NCBI GenBank assembly: GCA_030535355.1
Contig: JAUNIO010000002.1
Span: 8,781 to 72,780 of the forward strand
From: a bacterium
GTDB taxonomy: Bacteria; Vulcanimicrobiota; Xenobia; Xenobiales; Xenobiaceae
Reading direction: 5' to 3'
Length of the DNA: 64,000 bases
Below the pieces are notes generated by a model. It was not told where the DNA came from. It worked only from the letters and a program-made list of their open reading frames with translations, and searched no databases. Both the position numbers and the translations under genes were made by a program. This document shows positions 47,757-57,384 of this stretch, piece by piece; the first letter of the stretch is position 1; each line of letters starts with the position of its first letter.

Positions 47757-48542
47757 ATGTTCCGCAAACATCTGATCTGCGCATCACTGCTAATTTCCGG
47801 GCTGTTCCTGCCGGTTCAGCATCCTCTCTGCGCCCAGCCCTCAGGTGCCTCCCCTGCTGCGCCCTCGCTCATGGCTAGCGCGTCTGCAGAACGCTGCCCC
47901 ATCGTCGTCGATTTCAGCAATTTCTACCGCGATACTTACAAACAGACAGAAAAAGATTATATAAGATTTAATCCCAACGAGACCCGGCCTTCCGCCGATT
48001 CCCTGGAAGCTTGGACTAAAGAGGCCATGCCCACCGCGCTTAGCTACTCCCGCGATGGCGGCCCCTGGTCCCAGGATATTTACTCAGCCAAGCAGCAGTT
48101 TATTATCCCCGATCAGCCTGCAGGCCAGCACGGCTACAGCCTGCGCCTGACTTTCATGTCTGGAAAAGGGCCTTCTTATGCCTATACTTATTTTAAACCC
48201 ATCCTGGGAGCAGACAAAAAAACGGTCTTAGCCTTAGACGGACAGGCAGTCAAAGGCATGAAGCGCAGCAAAGAGATTACCGTTCAGCTTTCCCAAAAGC
48301 TCATGCAAGGCAATCCCCATTTGCTTTCCGGCCAAACCGTAGCCGTATATGAAGAAAAAGAATATCCCGTGAATACCCAGGGCTCATTCCGCCTAACCGT
48401 TCCCTTTGAGCCGCCGCAGACCCTGGAGATTCACTACAAATCTCCGCAGAATTATACGCTTAATATTTACAAGCGCGATTTTGCTGTCACTCCACAGAGC
48501 AGCAGCACAGTCGTCGTGGATATGATGGATGTAGCCGACTGA
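47757..48542 (+). CDS. Secreted hypothetical protein. The signal peptide follows the ATG at 47757.
   Basis: It has an AAGGTGG RBS and MFRKHLICASLLISGLFLPVQHPLCAQ. I recognise no domain. The ORF track starts earlier, at 47691. Confidence 0.55.
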   Translation: MFRKHLICASLLISGLFLPVQHPLCAQPSGASPAAPSLMASASAERCPIVVDFSNFYRDTYKQTEKDYIRFNPNETRPSADSLEAWTKEAMPTALSYSRDGGPWSQDIYSAKQQFIIPDQPAGQHGYSLRLTFMSGKGPSYAYTYFKPILGADKKTVLALDGQAVKGMKRSKEITVQLSQKLMQGNPHLLSGQTVAVYEEKEYPVNTQGSFRLTVPFEPPQTLEIHYKSPQNYTLNIYKRDFAVTPQSSSTVVVDMMDVAD

Positions 48543-48573
48543 TGAGACGGTAGCTTAGGGGATAGAAACCAGC

Positions 48574-49110
48574 ATGGAGATGACCACCGATAGGCTCATT
48601 CTGCGGCATTGGCAAGAATCCGACGCCGCAGATTTATTCAAATATGCCCAAGACCCGCGAATCGGGTATATGGCGGGATTTCCCGCGCACACTTGCGTAG
48701 AGGAAAGTTTGGATATTATACGCAGAATTCTGTCAAACCCCGGTCTCTACGCAGTTTGTCTGAAAACAGACAAGCTGCCTATAGGCTGTATAGGCATGCA
48801 CCCCACTAAGCAAAAGCTCTGCAAGATAGGGAAAGAAATTGAGATAGCTTTTTGGCTGGGAGTCCCGTTTTGGGGGCAGGCCATCATCCCAGAAGCTATA
48901 CGCCGTTTCCAAAAGCACATCTTTGAAGATTTGGGATTTGAGGCTATATGGTGCTCCTACTGCGAGGGCAACGAGAATTCCAAAAGATGTATGGAAAAGT
49001 GCGGTTTCGTATACCATCACACCGAAGAGAATACGCCATACATTTTTTTGCACGAAAACCGCACAGAGCATTTTACCAGACTGACAAAAGATGAGTGGCT
49101 AAAGCTTTAA
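48574..49110 (+). CDS. GNAT-family N-acetyltransferase.
   Basis: 178 aa with an acetyl-CoA binding region (IAFWLGVPFWGQAIIPEA). Confidence 0.7.
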   Translation: MEMTTDRLILRHWQESDAADLFKYAQDPRIGYMAGFPAHTCVEESLDIIRRILSNPGLYAVCLKTDKLPIGCIGMHPTKQKLCKIGKEIEIAFWLGVPFWGQAIIPEAIRRFQKHIFEDLGFEAIWCSYCEGNENSKRCMEKCGFVYHHTEENTPYIFLHENRTEHFTRLTKDEWLKL

Positions 49111-49160
49111 TATCATTGAGTTAGCGATCAGCTAACTTGCGAACTATCTGACTCCCCCTA
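49108..49160. repeat. Truncated family-A repeat copy between convergent genes. The adjacent hairpin at 49168-49189 overlaps the GT2 stop codon.
   Basis: taatatcattgagttagcgatcagctaacttgcgaactatctgactccccctaaa matches family A. Confidence 0.7.
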
Positions 49161-49180
49161 AAAAACGGTTAAATAAGCGG

Positions 49181-50359
49181 TTATTTAACTTCTTTCATTT
49201 TGCCGTCTTTGCCAACTTTGTAGCGTTTCTCTCCCCAAACCACTTTAGAGCTAAAAAACGACAGCAGCCACAAAACTGCATAGAAAATATCTTTTATCCC
49301 GGCCAAAAATCCATATCTGGCCAGACGCTCTCCGCCCAAGCGCTTCCATACCGAGATACACCAGCAAGCGCGAATCAGCATCCAGCCCAATAATATCGCC
49401 CAAGACCACCAGGCAAATTGCGAAGCCGGCAGGAGCAGCAATGCCCAAAACATCCCTTGCGTTACGATATAGGCAAAAAATCCCCCCGGACGGCTGACGC
49501 GATAGGTGCGCATCCAGCGCAGCTGATGGCGGAAATACTCCGCAAACGTAGCGCCTTCAGCGACATCCTCAATTACCGTATCGGCCAGCACGATTTTGTA
49601 GCCGCGCTGATATATCTGATGGCCAAGCTGATAATCGTCGGCTAAATAGTCTTTGAACGCCGCAAAACCGCCTAATTCTTCGACAATCTGACGCCGCATG
49701 GCCATTACAGCTCCCAAGCCAAACGTTATGCCCTCAACCTGCCGGGCCACCAAAACTGACGCGGAAAAATCGGCGACGTTGATGCCCTCCCAAATATCCC
49801 CCCAACTTTTCGCACGGCGCACTATATATAGGCAAGTGACCATGCCCACTTTGTCATCGGCAAAAGGCTGAATAACCCGCCGCAGCAAATCGGGAGACGC
49901 ATACATATCAGCATCAGAGAGCACGATGTAATCACCCTCGATTCTCTCCGCAGCACGCGCCACCGCCGCTATTTTACGGTTAGCCCCTTCCAGGCTTTCC
50001 TGGGACCAGACAACAGGAACAGATGTGCCTAATCCGATATGCTCTGGATTGATGCCCTCGACCGGACCTGACGAAGCGAGAACTATCCGCTGTTTTCCCG
50101 GATAATCCTGACAAACAAAAGACCGCAACTGAGCGGCCAAGGAATCGCTGGCTTTATGAATGGGCTTAAGCTGCGTTACGCTCGGCCACAGCGAATTATA
50201 GCATTCCTGCACGGCTTGGCTCGTTTCCGCGATGTCCTCGCCACTGCTGCCCACCTTAGCGCACCCTTTTTGAAAGCGCCAAACTGTAATCCAGCCTAGG
50301 GCCAGGTAGGCGCATGCGGCAGCCACCATAAGTACCAGAGCTGCGCACAGATACGTCAA
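49181..50359 (-). CDS. Family-2 glycosyltransferase with C-terminal TM helices. It resembles hopanoid-associated HpnB/HpnI or ceramide-glucosyltransferase-like enzymes.
   Basis: It has a GT-A fold (DxD-like VLSDADM, QxxRW-like HQLRWMR), C-terminal hydrophobic helices, and hpnA-like and hpnG-like neighbours. Confidence 0.65.
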   Translation of the reverse strand: MTYLCAALVLMVAAACAYLALGWITVWRFQKGCAKVGSSGEDIAETSQAVQECYNSLWPSVTQLKPIHKASDSLAAQLRSFVCQDYPGKQRIVLASSGPVEGINPEHIGLGTSVPVVWSQESLEGANRKIAAVARAAERIEGDYIVLSDADMYASPDLLRRVIQPFADDKVGMVTCLYIVRRAKSWGDIWEGINVADFSASVLVARQVEGITFGLGAVMAMRRQIVEELGGFAAFKDYLADDYQLGHQIYQRGYKIVLADTVIEDVAEGATFAEYFRHQLRWMRTYRVSRPGGFFAYIVTQGMFWALLLLPASQFAWWSWAILLGWMLIRACWCISVWKRLGGERLARYGFLAGIKDIFYAVLWLLSFFSSKVVWGEKRYKVGKDGKMKEVK

Positions 50360-50360
50360 A

Positions 50361-51215
50361 TCAGAGACTCCCTGAGCCTGTCAGATCATTAAGCAAATAC
50401 TGCAAATACAATCTCAGACTATCGCTAGCTTTTTGGGCATTGAGAAACAGACGCAACAAGCCCGGTATCGCTGCGGGCTGACGCAGCGCTTCTTTAACGA
50501 TAGCCATATAGTCTGAGCCGCCAGCACTGTTTTTAAAGCGGTTCAAATCTATAGGCATGGCGAAATCTACATCGTCGGAGACAGACCTGACCGCGAGCCA
50601 GGGAATATCCGCGGCATTCATTATTTCCGCTATGGCAGCGCCTTCCATATCTACTGATGCGGCCCCACTTTCCTTTCCCAGCAGCTTTTTATCTTTGGAG
50701 TTATTAACTATCCTATTGGTGGTTAAGGTAATCTCTTCCCAGCAGCTGCGCATATTGCTGGTAAAACGCTTTTGATCGATCTGCATATTTTTATAAGAAA
50801 AACCTGCATGCTTAGCTACTTCTAAGGCGTTTTTCGGCGGTTCCCAAGAACGCACTTTTTCTAAAGTAGTCTCGCCTCTCCCCTGGGCTTCCAAAATATC
50901 GCTTTGTCGGTAAATGCGGCGCGAAACTACTATATCGCCCACTTTTACACCTTTTTGCAGAGCGCCGCAAAAACCCGCAGACAGCAAAAAACGAGGCTGA
51001 AAATGGCGAATCATCAGCCGGCAGGCTGCACGGGCTTTGTCTTCACCCTGCCCGCTAACCATAACTGCGACAGGCTGAGAATACCAGTAAGCTACACCGC
51101 AGCGGATTCCCGAAACTATATCTGTAGTCCAATCGCTGAGCAAGGCCTTGAAAATTTTTTCTTCTTCATGTTCAGCGACAATCACACCTATGTGCTTAAC
51201 TTTTTTGTCATCCAT
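50361..51215 (-). CDS. PNP/UDP-type nucleoside phosphorylase / nucleosidase family protein (HpnG-, MTAN- or futalosine-hydrolase-like).
   Basis: It has N-terminal KHIGVIVAEHEE and a C-terminal SVDMEGAAIAE motif typical of the PNP_UDP_1 fold. Confidence 0.55.
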   Translation of the reverse strand: MDDKKVKHIGVIVAEHEEEKIFKALLSDWTTDIVSGIRCGVAYWYSQPVAVMVSGQGEDKARAACRLMIRHFQPRFLLSAGFCGALQKGVKVGDIVVSRRIYRQSDILEAQGRGETTLEKVRSWEPPKNALEVAKHAGFSYKNMQIDQKRFTSNMRSCWEEITLTTNRIVNNSKDKKLLGKESGAASVDMEGAAIAEIMNAADIPWLAVRSVSDDVDFAMPIDLNRFKNSAGGSDYMAIVKEALRQPAAIPGLLRLFLNAQKASDSLRLYLQYLLNDLTGSGSL

Positions 51216-51226
51216 TGAGCCTCACC

Positions 51227-52267
51227 TCAACTCTTCTCAAGACAGCTATGCTTATGGACCTGCGCTAGCTTGGGAGTGATAGGAGCATAACCGTTGTCCA
51301 TGAACCACTGCACCGCCCGCTTCAGAGCTTCCTGAGCCGAGCCGGGCTGATAGCCCAGTTCTTCCCGTGCCCGCGTCCAATCAAAAAACATGTACTTACG
51401 AGCCATTTTTACCCCTTCTAAGGGAATGTGCGGCGCACAGCGCAGGATTTTCTCGCACAGGAATGTATCGGCTCCGGCGGCGGCATAGGCGACCCAGAGA
51501 GGCATCTGCCAATTGACCCGAGGCAGCCCGCTGATTTCTGCCAGACTGTCCAAAATTTGCTTAAGGGTCATATCTTCGCCGCCCAAGATGTAGCGCCGCC
51601 CAATTTGGCCGCGTTCTGCGGCTAAAATATGTCCTTTAGCTACATCGCGCACATCGACAAGATTGAGCCCTGTCTGCACATAAGCCGGCATTTTGCCGTT
51701 GAGAAAATCGGTAATTATTTTTCCCGTCGCCGTCGGCTTGCTGTCAAAATCGCCAATGGGAGTGGACGGGTTGACAACGACAGCGGGAATGCCAGCCTGA
51801 GCCGCTTCCATAGCCACTTTTTCCGCCAAAAATTTTGAGCGTTTATAATGGCCAACCATATCGTTTAGACTTACCGGCGTCTCTTCGTTGCCGGGCTGAC
51901 GAGGACCGGGAATTCCCACAGCTGCCACAGACGAAGTTACCACCACTCGCTGCGTTCCCGCCTGCCTGCAGGCTTCAAGCAGGCTGCGCGTTCCCTGCAC
52001 ATTGGAATCGTATATCTCTTGGGGATTTGCAGCCCAAAGACGATAATCGGCTGCGCAGTGAAATACCCACTGACACCCTTTAACAGCTTCTAGCAACGTT
52101 TCGGAAGAGCGCAAATCTCCCTCAATATATTCCACAGAACAGCCACATAAATTGCGGCGATCCGTGGAAGAACGCACTAAAACGCAAACTTCATCTCCGC
52201 GTTCCGCCAATTGTTTAACTAAATGGGAACCTACAAATCCAGCTCCACCGGTAACTAAAATTCTCAA
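51227..52267 (-). CDS. NAD-dependent epimerase/dehydratase (SDR, extended), HpnA-like.
   Basis: It has the Rossmann motif (ILVTGGAGFVGSHLV) and the YxxxK catalytic motif (YKRSK). Confidence 0.7.
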   Translation of the reverse strand: MRILVTGGAGFVGSHLVKQLAERGDEVCVLVRSSTDRRNLCGCSVEYIEGDLRSSETLLEAVKGCQWVFHCAADYRLWAANPQEIYDSNVQGTRSLLEACRQAGTQRVVVTSSVAAVGIPGPRQPGNEETPVSLNDMVGHYKRSKFLAEKVAMEAAQAGIPAVVVNPSTPIGDFDSKPTATGKIITDFLNGKMPAYVQTGLNLVDVRDVAKGHILAAERGQIGRRYILGGEDMTLKQILDSLAEISGLPRVNWQMPLWVAYAAAGADTFLCEKILRCAPHIPLEGVKMARKYMFFDWTRAREELGYQPGSAQEALKRAVQWFMDNGYAPITPKLAQVHKHSCLEKS

Positions 52268-52429
52268 AACAGCCTCTAAGTAATTTTAATGAAACGGCAT
52301 TACCTTTTGCAAAAATTTAAATTTTTATCTTCATGACCTTTTAAGCGAATCCTTTATATTCTACATTTTCTTTAGGCTATTTCTCAATAACTGAGCAGGA
52401 ACCGAAGCAGTGCAAACGAAGCGCGTATT

Positions 52430-53509
52430 ATGTTGAGCTTATCGAATTTATTGCAAACAGCCATTTCCAATAACGCTTCCGATTTACACTTAGCCGTAGG
52501 TATTCCCCCTAGTTTACGCATACATGGTTCTATTGTATTTCTAGACACACCACCCCTTAACAACGAAGAAATTGAAGCAATAATTAAAAGCATAACCACA
52601 CCTAGCCAGTGGAAAAAGCTACAGGAACAGCGCGAGTTAGAATACTCATATACCCACGCTTCGTTAGGCCGCTTTCGCGCCGCTATTTTTTATGAGCGCC
52701 GCAATTTAAGCGCCGCTTTTCGTTTGGTGCCCATGCAGGTACGCTCTGTTTATGAGCTCCACCTTCCCCGCGTCGTTTTGGACATAGCACGCCTTACCCA
52801 TGGTTTAGTGTTAATTGCTGGTGCCACAGGCCAAGGCAAAACCACTACCATGAATTCCATAATTGACCTGATTAATACCGAACGCCGCGTACGCATAGTC
52901 ACCGTAGAAGACCCTATTGAATTCGTGCACGAGCATCGCCGCAGTATCATTTTGCAGCGCGAAGTAGATGACGACACACATTCTTTCAATAAAGCGCTAG
53001 TCGCCTCGCTTCGGCAGGACCCCAATATCATCTGCGTTGGTGAAATGCGCGACTTAGAAACCATCAGCACTGCGCTCACCGCCGCCGAAACAGGCCACTT
53101 GGTGTTCAGTACCCTGCACACGCAGAGCAGTGCCCAAACCGTAAACCGCATCATTGACGTATTTCCCGCCTCACAGCAAAATCAAATACGGCTCCAGTTA
53201 GCCAACACACTGCAGGCAGTTATCTGTCAGCATCTGCTGCCTAACGCCACCGGAGATGGGCGCGTCTTAGCTTTTGAAATTTTGCTGGTCACCCCGGCAG
53301 TGCGTCACTTAATCAGAGAAGGACGCATTGAGCAGATACCCAACGTCATGTTAACCAGCCGCAACGAAGGTATGATGCCCTTGGATTATTGTTTAAGAGC
53401 TCTTTATGAATCTGGGCAGATAAGCTATGACACAGCAATGAGCAGCGCTCTGTTCCCCGCATCGTTTGAGGGCATACGCAACGCGGGAATAGATCTGTCT
53501 CTGCTGTAG
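52430..53509 (+). CDS. pilT: Type IV pilus retraction ATPase PilT family.
   Basis: It has Walker A (GATGQGKTT), Asp/His boxes, and the PilT-like length and C-terminus. Confidence 0.8.
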   Translation: MLSLSNLLQTAISNNASDLHLAVGIPPSLRIHGSIVFLDTPPLNNEEIEAIIKSITTPSQWKKLQEQRELEYSYTHASLGRFRAAIFYERRNLSAAFRLVPMQVRSVYELHLPRVVLDIARLTHGLVLIAGATGQGKTTTMNSIIDLINTERRVRIVTVEDPIEFVHEHRRSIILQREVDDDTHSFNKALVASLRQDPNIICVGEMRDLETISTALTAAETGHLVFSTLHTQSSAQTVNRIIDVFPASQQNQIRLQLANTLQAVICQHLLPNATGDGRVLAFEILLVTPAVRHLIREGRIEQIPNVMLTSRNEGMMPLDYCLRALYESGQISYDTAMSSALFPASFEGIRNAGIDLSLL

Positions 53510-53705
53510 GAAACCGCAATATCATTATTCCAATAAGCTATACAAGCACGCCATACGATAGCTAGCCATAGGTTTCAGGTTTGCGCCGCCAAGCGCGATC
53601 AGTGAGCGATTAAACTATACAGCTTATAAGCTCTGCATATTAAATATTAAGCAGCCCCAGCGTCATTGCACAATTACCGCACGGCGTTGGGGCTGTTTAA
53701 TTGCA

Positions 53706-53795
53706 AACTCCCCCAGCAGTCTTGCCCCCTCTGTCGCAGCCGCAACTTCTCCCCCTCCCATCCTTTAGGGGGAGTCAGATAGTTTCACAGGTTAG
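53706..53795. repeat. Family-A repeat copy, reverse orientation.
   Basis: ccctctgtcgcagccgcaacttctccccctcccatcctttagggggagtcagatagtttc matches family A. Confidence 0.75.
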
Positions 53796-53957
53796 ATAGA
53801 TAATTAACAATTAAACAATATTCACATCCAGCAATATAAAATGAATATTCTACACAGGAGCATTCCTGGCTAATGCTGAGCATATTAAATTTAATTCAAT
53901 ATTAAATAATACAAACAGTTCTTCATTTTTTATCATTTATCATTGTATAAGCAAATG

Positions 53958-53985
53958 TTGACAAAATGGACGATAAGAATATAAT
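53958..53985 (+). promoter_or_regulatory. Near-consensus sigma-70 promoter (TTGACA, 16-nt spacer, TATAAT) about 115 nt upstream of the 54101 gene.
   Basis: The -35 box lies at 53958-53963 and the -10 box at 53980-53985, in a very AT-rich 300-nt region. Confidence 0.55.
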
Positions 53986-54100
53986 TCACCTCGTTGGGAA
54001 ATAACGGCATCAAGTTGTGAATATACAATAGACATTCACCCCGATTTATTGCATATATCATAGATTTTAGATACCGTTTTTACGACGAGGAGTTCAGATA

Positions 54101-54454
54101 ATGTCCGTTACTAAGAAGTTCACCAAAGGCAGCAAAAAAGAGCCAGGCAGTGAAAAATGCCGCGTGACCTTTCGCCTGTCTAAGGAGTTGGCGAGCAACC
54201 ACCAAGCCCAAAAGGCTAGATTAGCGGGCACTTTTAATGACTGGGATAAAGAGCATGATAACAAATACGCTATGAAAGTCCTCAAAGACGGTTCATTTAG
54301 CGTCACTATCACTTTACCCGCACACCAGGATTACCTGTTCAAATATGTCATCGAAAATACCAACGGAGAAATATGGGTAGTCGATGACGATGAAAGCGTA
54401 GAAAAACGTTTTACAGATTTTGAGAATTCGTATCTTTCTACAGCTATAGAATAA
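54101..54454 (+). CDS. Small CBM48 / AMPK-beta glycogen-binding-domain-like protein of 117 aa.
   Basis: LAGTFNDWD...SFSVTITLP...YLFKYVI resembles the CBM48/CBM20 beta-sandwich signature. An RBS (GAGGAG) is present. Confidence 0.55.
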   Translation: MSVTKKFTKGSKKEPGSEKCRVTFRLSKELASNHQAQKARLAGTFNDWDKEHDNKYAMKVLKDGSFSVTITLPAHQDYLFKYVIENTNGEIWVVDDDESVEKRFTDFENSYLSTAIE

Positions 54455-54581
54455 ATTTATCCTGCGGATTCGAGCTCCGCAGAATACAACGAGAGCGCAA
54501 GGGTACACAGCACGCACTTAAGCGTTCTTAATGCCAAATGGCATAAAACACAACAAAAGTCGTTCAACACCACACTCCATG

Positions 54582-54630
54582 AAAAGGCAGCCGCCGCCCT
54601 TACTGTTAAGAGCGGCGGCTGTCTTTTAAG
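54582..54630. terminator. Bidirectional rho-independent terminator between convergent genes.
   Basis: A 10-bp GC stem (cagccgccgc / gcggcggctg) is flanked by AAAAGG on the 5' side and TCTTTTAAG on the 3' side. Confidence 0.65.
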
Positions 54631-54649
54631 ATTTAGGAAGCGCTTTCTA

Positions 54650-55909
54650 TCAAGAAAGAGTTGCCAGCTCATCCTGTAAGTTTTTGATCTGCTCTTCAAC
54701 CGCCTCCAACTCTTTGCGCGGCAAACCGCCAGCGTCGTACAGCTTGCGATATTCTCCGAGCTTGGCCTGCAAAACTTTTAATTCTCGCTTTATCTGCACC
54801 TTTCGCTCCACAGAATGATCTGTTCTGTCTTTCTTATAATCTTGAACGGTTTGGGCTAGCTTTTTGTCATGAGCCACTTCCTGATTGACCAGCCTACTAA
54901 CTTCATTCCAAGAAATTCCCGCTTTAACCGCCTCGGCTTTAGCACTATCCAAGCGTTTTTTGGCTTTACTCAGCTGATTATTAACAGAAGATATCTGATC
55001 GGGAACTTCTTTCTGCACCGCTTTCGCTTTAAGCAAATTAGTGCGCACTGCCGCCAAATCACGGCGCACTTTTTCCACTTCTACGCGGGCCACTAGGCCG
55101 TCAGCCAGGAATTTTTCCATTTGTACTTCCTGTCGGTGCAAAGTTGCATAGCGCTCTTCCAAACGATCACGGCTGATATTGGCGGCTTTCTGCTCGCGCT
55201 GGCGCATTTCCAGTTCGATCTCTAATGTATCTACCGCATTTTGAGCGACCAGCCAGCCAACCATCAGCGATTCTCTACTATTCACGGGAATGGCAGAAAG
55301 ACGCTGTGCCCCCCCAGGGGCCTGCTGGCCGGATTCGCCAAAGGGCACGTAATTGCCATTCGCATCGCGCATCTTTACATCGACGTGATCTAATGACACC
55401 GTACCCACGACAGCCCCTGTATCCAGGACATCTCCTACGCGCACCGATGGCACGATATGCCCATAGGTAACCTCTGTGCCATTGCTTGATGCCACCGTGA
55501 CTCCCCACTGATTGGTGTACCAGGGAGCAATAGACACCACCTTACCAGGCCAGCCCACCCGCACCGCTGCACCGGCTGGCATAGCGATATCATAGCCTAA
55601 ATGAAGGCCAGCATGGCGGCGGTATATCGACACAGAACGCGGATCGTAAAATGTACTGCTCACCCAAGCTTCTGGGAAAGCAATGCGCTGCAGATCCACC
55701 AGCTGGTTTAATGTAGATACAGGTGCCATTGAAGACACAGGCAAAGGCGATGGTACAGCTTTCGGCGTACCGTATTTTTCTTTCAGAGCCTGAACGACCT
55801 GAGGTACCTGCGTCGATGACGGCGTTTTGCGATCGGCCTGAGCAAACTGAGCCGCTCCAGCCACCCAAACTGCAGTCATCCCTGTAATTGCAAGTATTTT
55901 TTTAAACAT
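54650..55909 (-). CDS. Secreted M23 metallopeptidase with a C-terminal coiled-coil region.
   Basis: It has a signal peptide, HAGLHLGYDI...YGH M23 motifs and a heptad-rich C-terminus. Confidence 0.75.
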   Translation of the reverse strand: MFKKILAITGMTAVWVAGAAQFAQADRKTPSSTQVPQVVQALKEKYGTPKAVPSPLPVSSMAPVSTLNQLVDLQRIAFPEAWVSSTFYDPRSVSIYRRHAGLHLGYDIAMPAGAAVRVGWPGKVVSIAPWYTNQWGVTVASSNGTEVTYGHIVPSVRVGDVLDTGAVVGTVSLDHVDVKMRDANGNYVPFGESGQQAPGGAQRLSAIPVNSRESLMVGWLVAQNAVDTLEIELEMRQREQKAANISRDRLEERYATLHRQEVQMEKFLADGLVARVEVEKVRRDLAAVRTNLLKAKAVQKEVPDQISSVNNQLSKAKKRLDSAKAEAVKAGISWNEVSRLVNQEVAHDKKLAQTVQDYKKDRTDHSVERKVQIKRELKVLQAKLGEYRKLYDAGGLPRKELEAVEEQIKNLQDELATLS

Positions 55910-55920
55910 AATTGTTTAAT

Positions 55921-56637
55921 TTATTGTGTAATCAATGCTTTGCCAAGCTGAAATACTTTGGCTTTGTCGAGAGGGAACTGTGTTTCGCGCTGGGCCTGCT
56001 TAACTTTAGGATCAAAAATATCCCAATTGAATCGGCTGTAATCTTTCACCTGCAGTGTATTCCCGCAGACAAATACTTCAGTTGGGCCTATAGCACTGTC
56101 CAACGTAGTCTTATAGCGAACAATTGTCTGGGCGTAACCGTATTTAGCGTAATCTTCCTGAGGCATATTGCTGGTCATGATGAAGAGTACGGGAATTTTA
56201 GCCGCCGGATAAAAAGCGGGATTTTTGCAATAAGTAAGGCCTTGAAAAATCAGCCTCTCATAAAAAGCGCGGCAGGCTGCGCTGACATCGCCTAAATAAT
56301 TAGGAGTGCCGATAATCAATGCATCAGCCTGACGGATAGAATCGAGCACTGGGGTCAGTCCGTCTTTGCACACGCATTTACCCTGATTTTTAGGCAATTT
56401 ACAGCCAAAACAGGATATGCAGCCGGAGAATTTATCCAGACGGTACAGATTGAACTTTTCCACGGCAGCCCCAGCTTCTTCCGCGCCTTTAGCAGCTTCC
56501 TGAACTAAAATATCGGTATTCCAATTTAATCTGGGACTAGCGTTAATCGCCACCACTTTTTTTAGCTTATTCTCCACTACCATAGACCTCCAATAGACCT
56601 GCAAGATCGAGAGATATTCTTTTTTCGTAACCGTCAA
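55921..56637 (-). CDS. Iron-sulfur flavoprotein / NADPH-dependent FMN reductase family (flavodoxin-like fold).
   Basis: It has an N-terminal VVAINASPR flavodoxin-like motif and a compact Cys cluster (CISCFGCKLPKNQGKCVC). Confidence 0.7.
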   Translation of the reverse strand: MTVTKKEYLSILQVYWRSMVVENKLKKVVAINASPRLNWNTDILVQEAAKGAEEAGAAVEKFNLYRLDKFSGCISCFGCKLPKNQGKCVCKDGLTPVLDSIRQADALIIGTPNYLGDVSAACRAFYERLIFQGLTYCKNPAFYPAAKIPVLFIMTSNMPQEDYAKYGYAQTIVRYKTTLDSAIGPTEVFVCGNTLQVKDYSRFNWDIFDPKVKQAQRETQFPLDKAKVFQLGKALITQ

Positions 56638-56699
56638 ATATGCTTGTTGCTACGTTTTGCAACACGTTATTGTTTGCGTTATAGCTAATTGAATGGTTA

Positions 56700-57275
56700 A
56701 GTTAAAATCCAATTCCCCAACAGTCTTGGGCACCCCCCTCTGTCGCATTCGCGACTTCTCCCCCTCCCATCCTTTAGGGGGAGTCAGATAGTTTCGCAGG
56801 TTAGCTGAGCCTTAACTAAATGATATTACCTTTAGGGGCAATGTCATTTAGTTAAGGCTCAATGACATTGGGAATGTTGACTCATATACAACTATCGCCA
56901 CGTTTATGCCCGGGTACAAGCTAGCCTATAACATAAGCTAAACCTCGATTCCCCAACAGTCTTGGGCACCCCCTCTGTCGCATTCGCGACTTCTCCCCCT
57001 CCCATCCTTTAGGGGGAGTCAGACAGTTTCGCAGGTTAGCTGATCGCTAACTAAATGATATTACCTTTAGGGGGGAGTCATAATGTACCAATGTTAAAGC
57101 ATATTTATCAGTTAATAGTAAGCGCCAAAACTACGTTTGACGCTTACCTTTTTCCCTGGAATGTTTACAACTTCCTTTATAGAATTAGCAATGCCGTTAA
57201 CTTAAGGATCAACGGCATTGCTAATGTTAACTTATATAATACAACTATCGCCACGTATATACAAGAGTGTTAAAT
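56700..57275. repeat. Dense array of intergenic repeats: two family-A copies (about 56709-56838 and 56943-57076) interleaved with two family-B copies (56837-56910 and 57188-57263).
   Basis: The 747-nt gap between divergent genes has no convincing ORF. The copies match the 11.7 kb locus in reverse orientation. Confidence 0.8.
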
Positions 57276-57384
57276 AGTTAACTAGCAGCCGCTCACTGCA
57301 AAATATAATCAACTACTTCAGCACCTGGCTTGCTTACGTCAGCTACGCTGCTAAATTATTGATATTGCCACACAGGAGGCAGCC

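Noticed and set aside
47660-47878. 72-aa ORF, and the extended N-terminus (47691) of the secreted protein.
   Set aside because: An ATG at 47757 with an AAGGTGG RBS, followed immediately by a canonical signal peptide, is a far better start. The upstream extension is Ser/Tyr/Gln-rich non-signal sequence.
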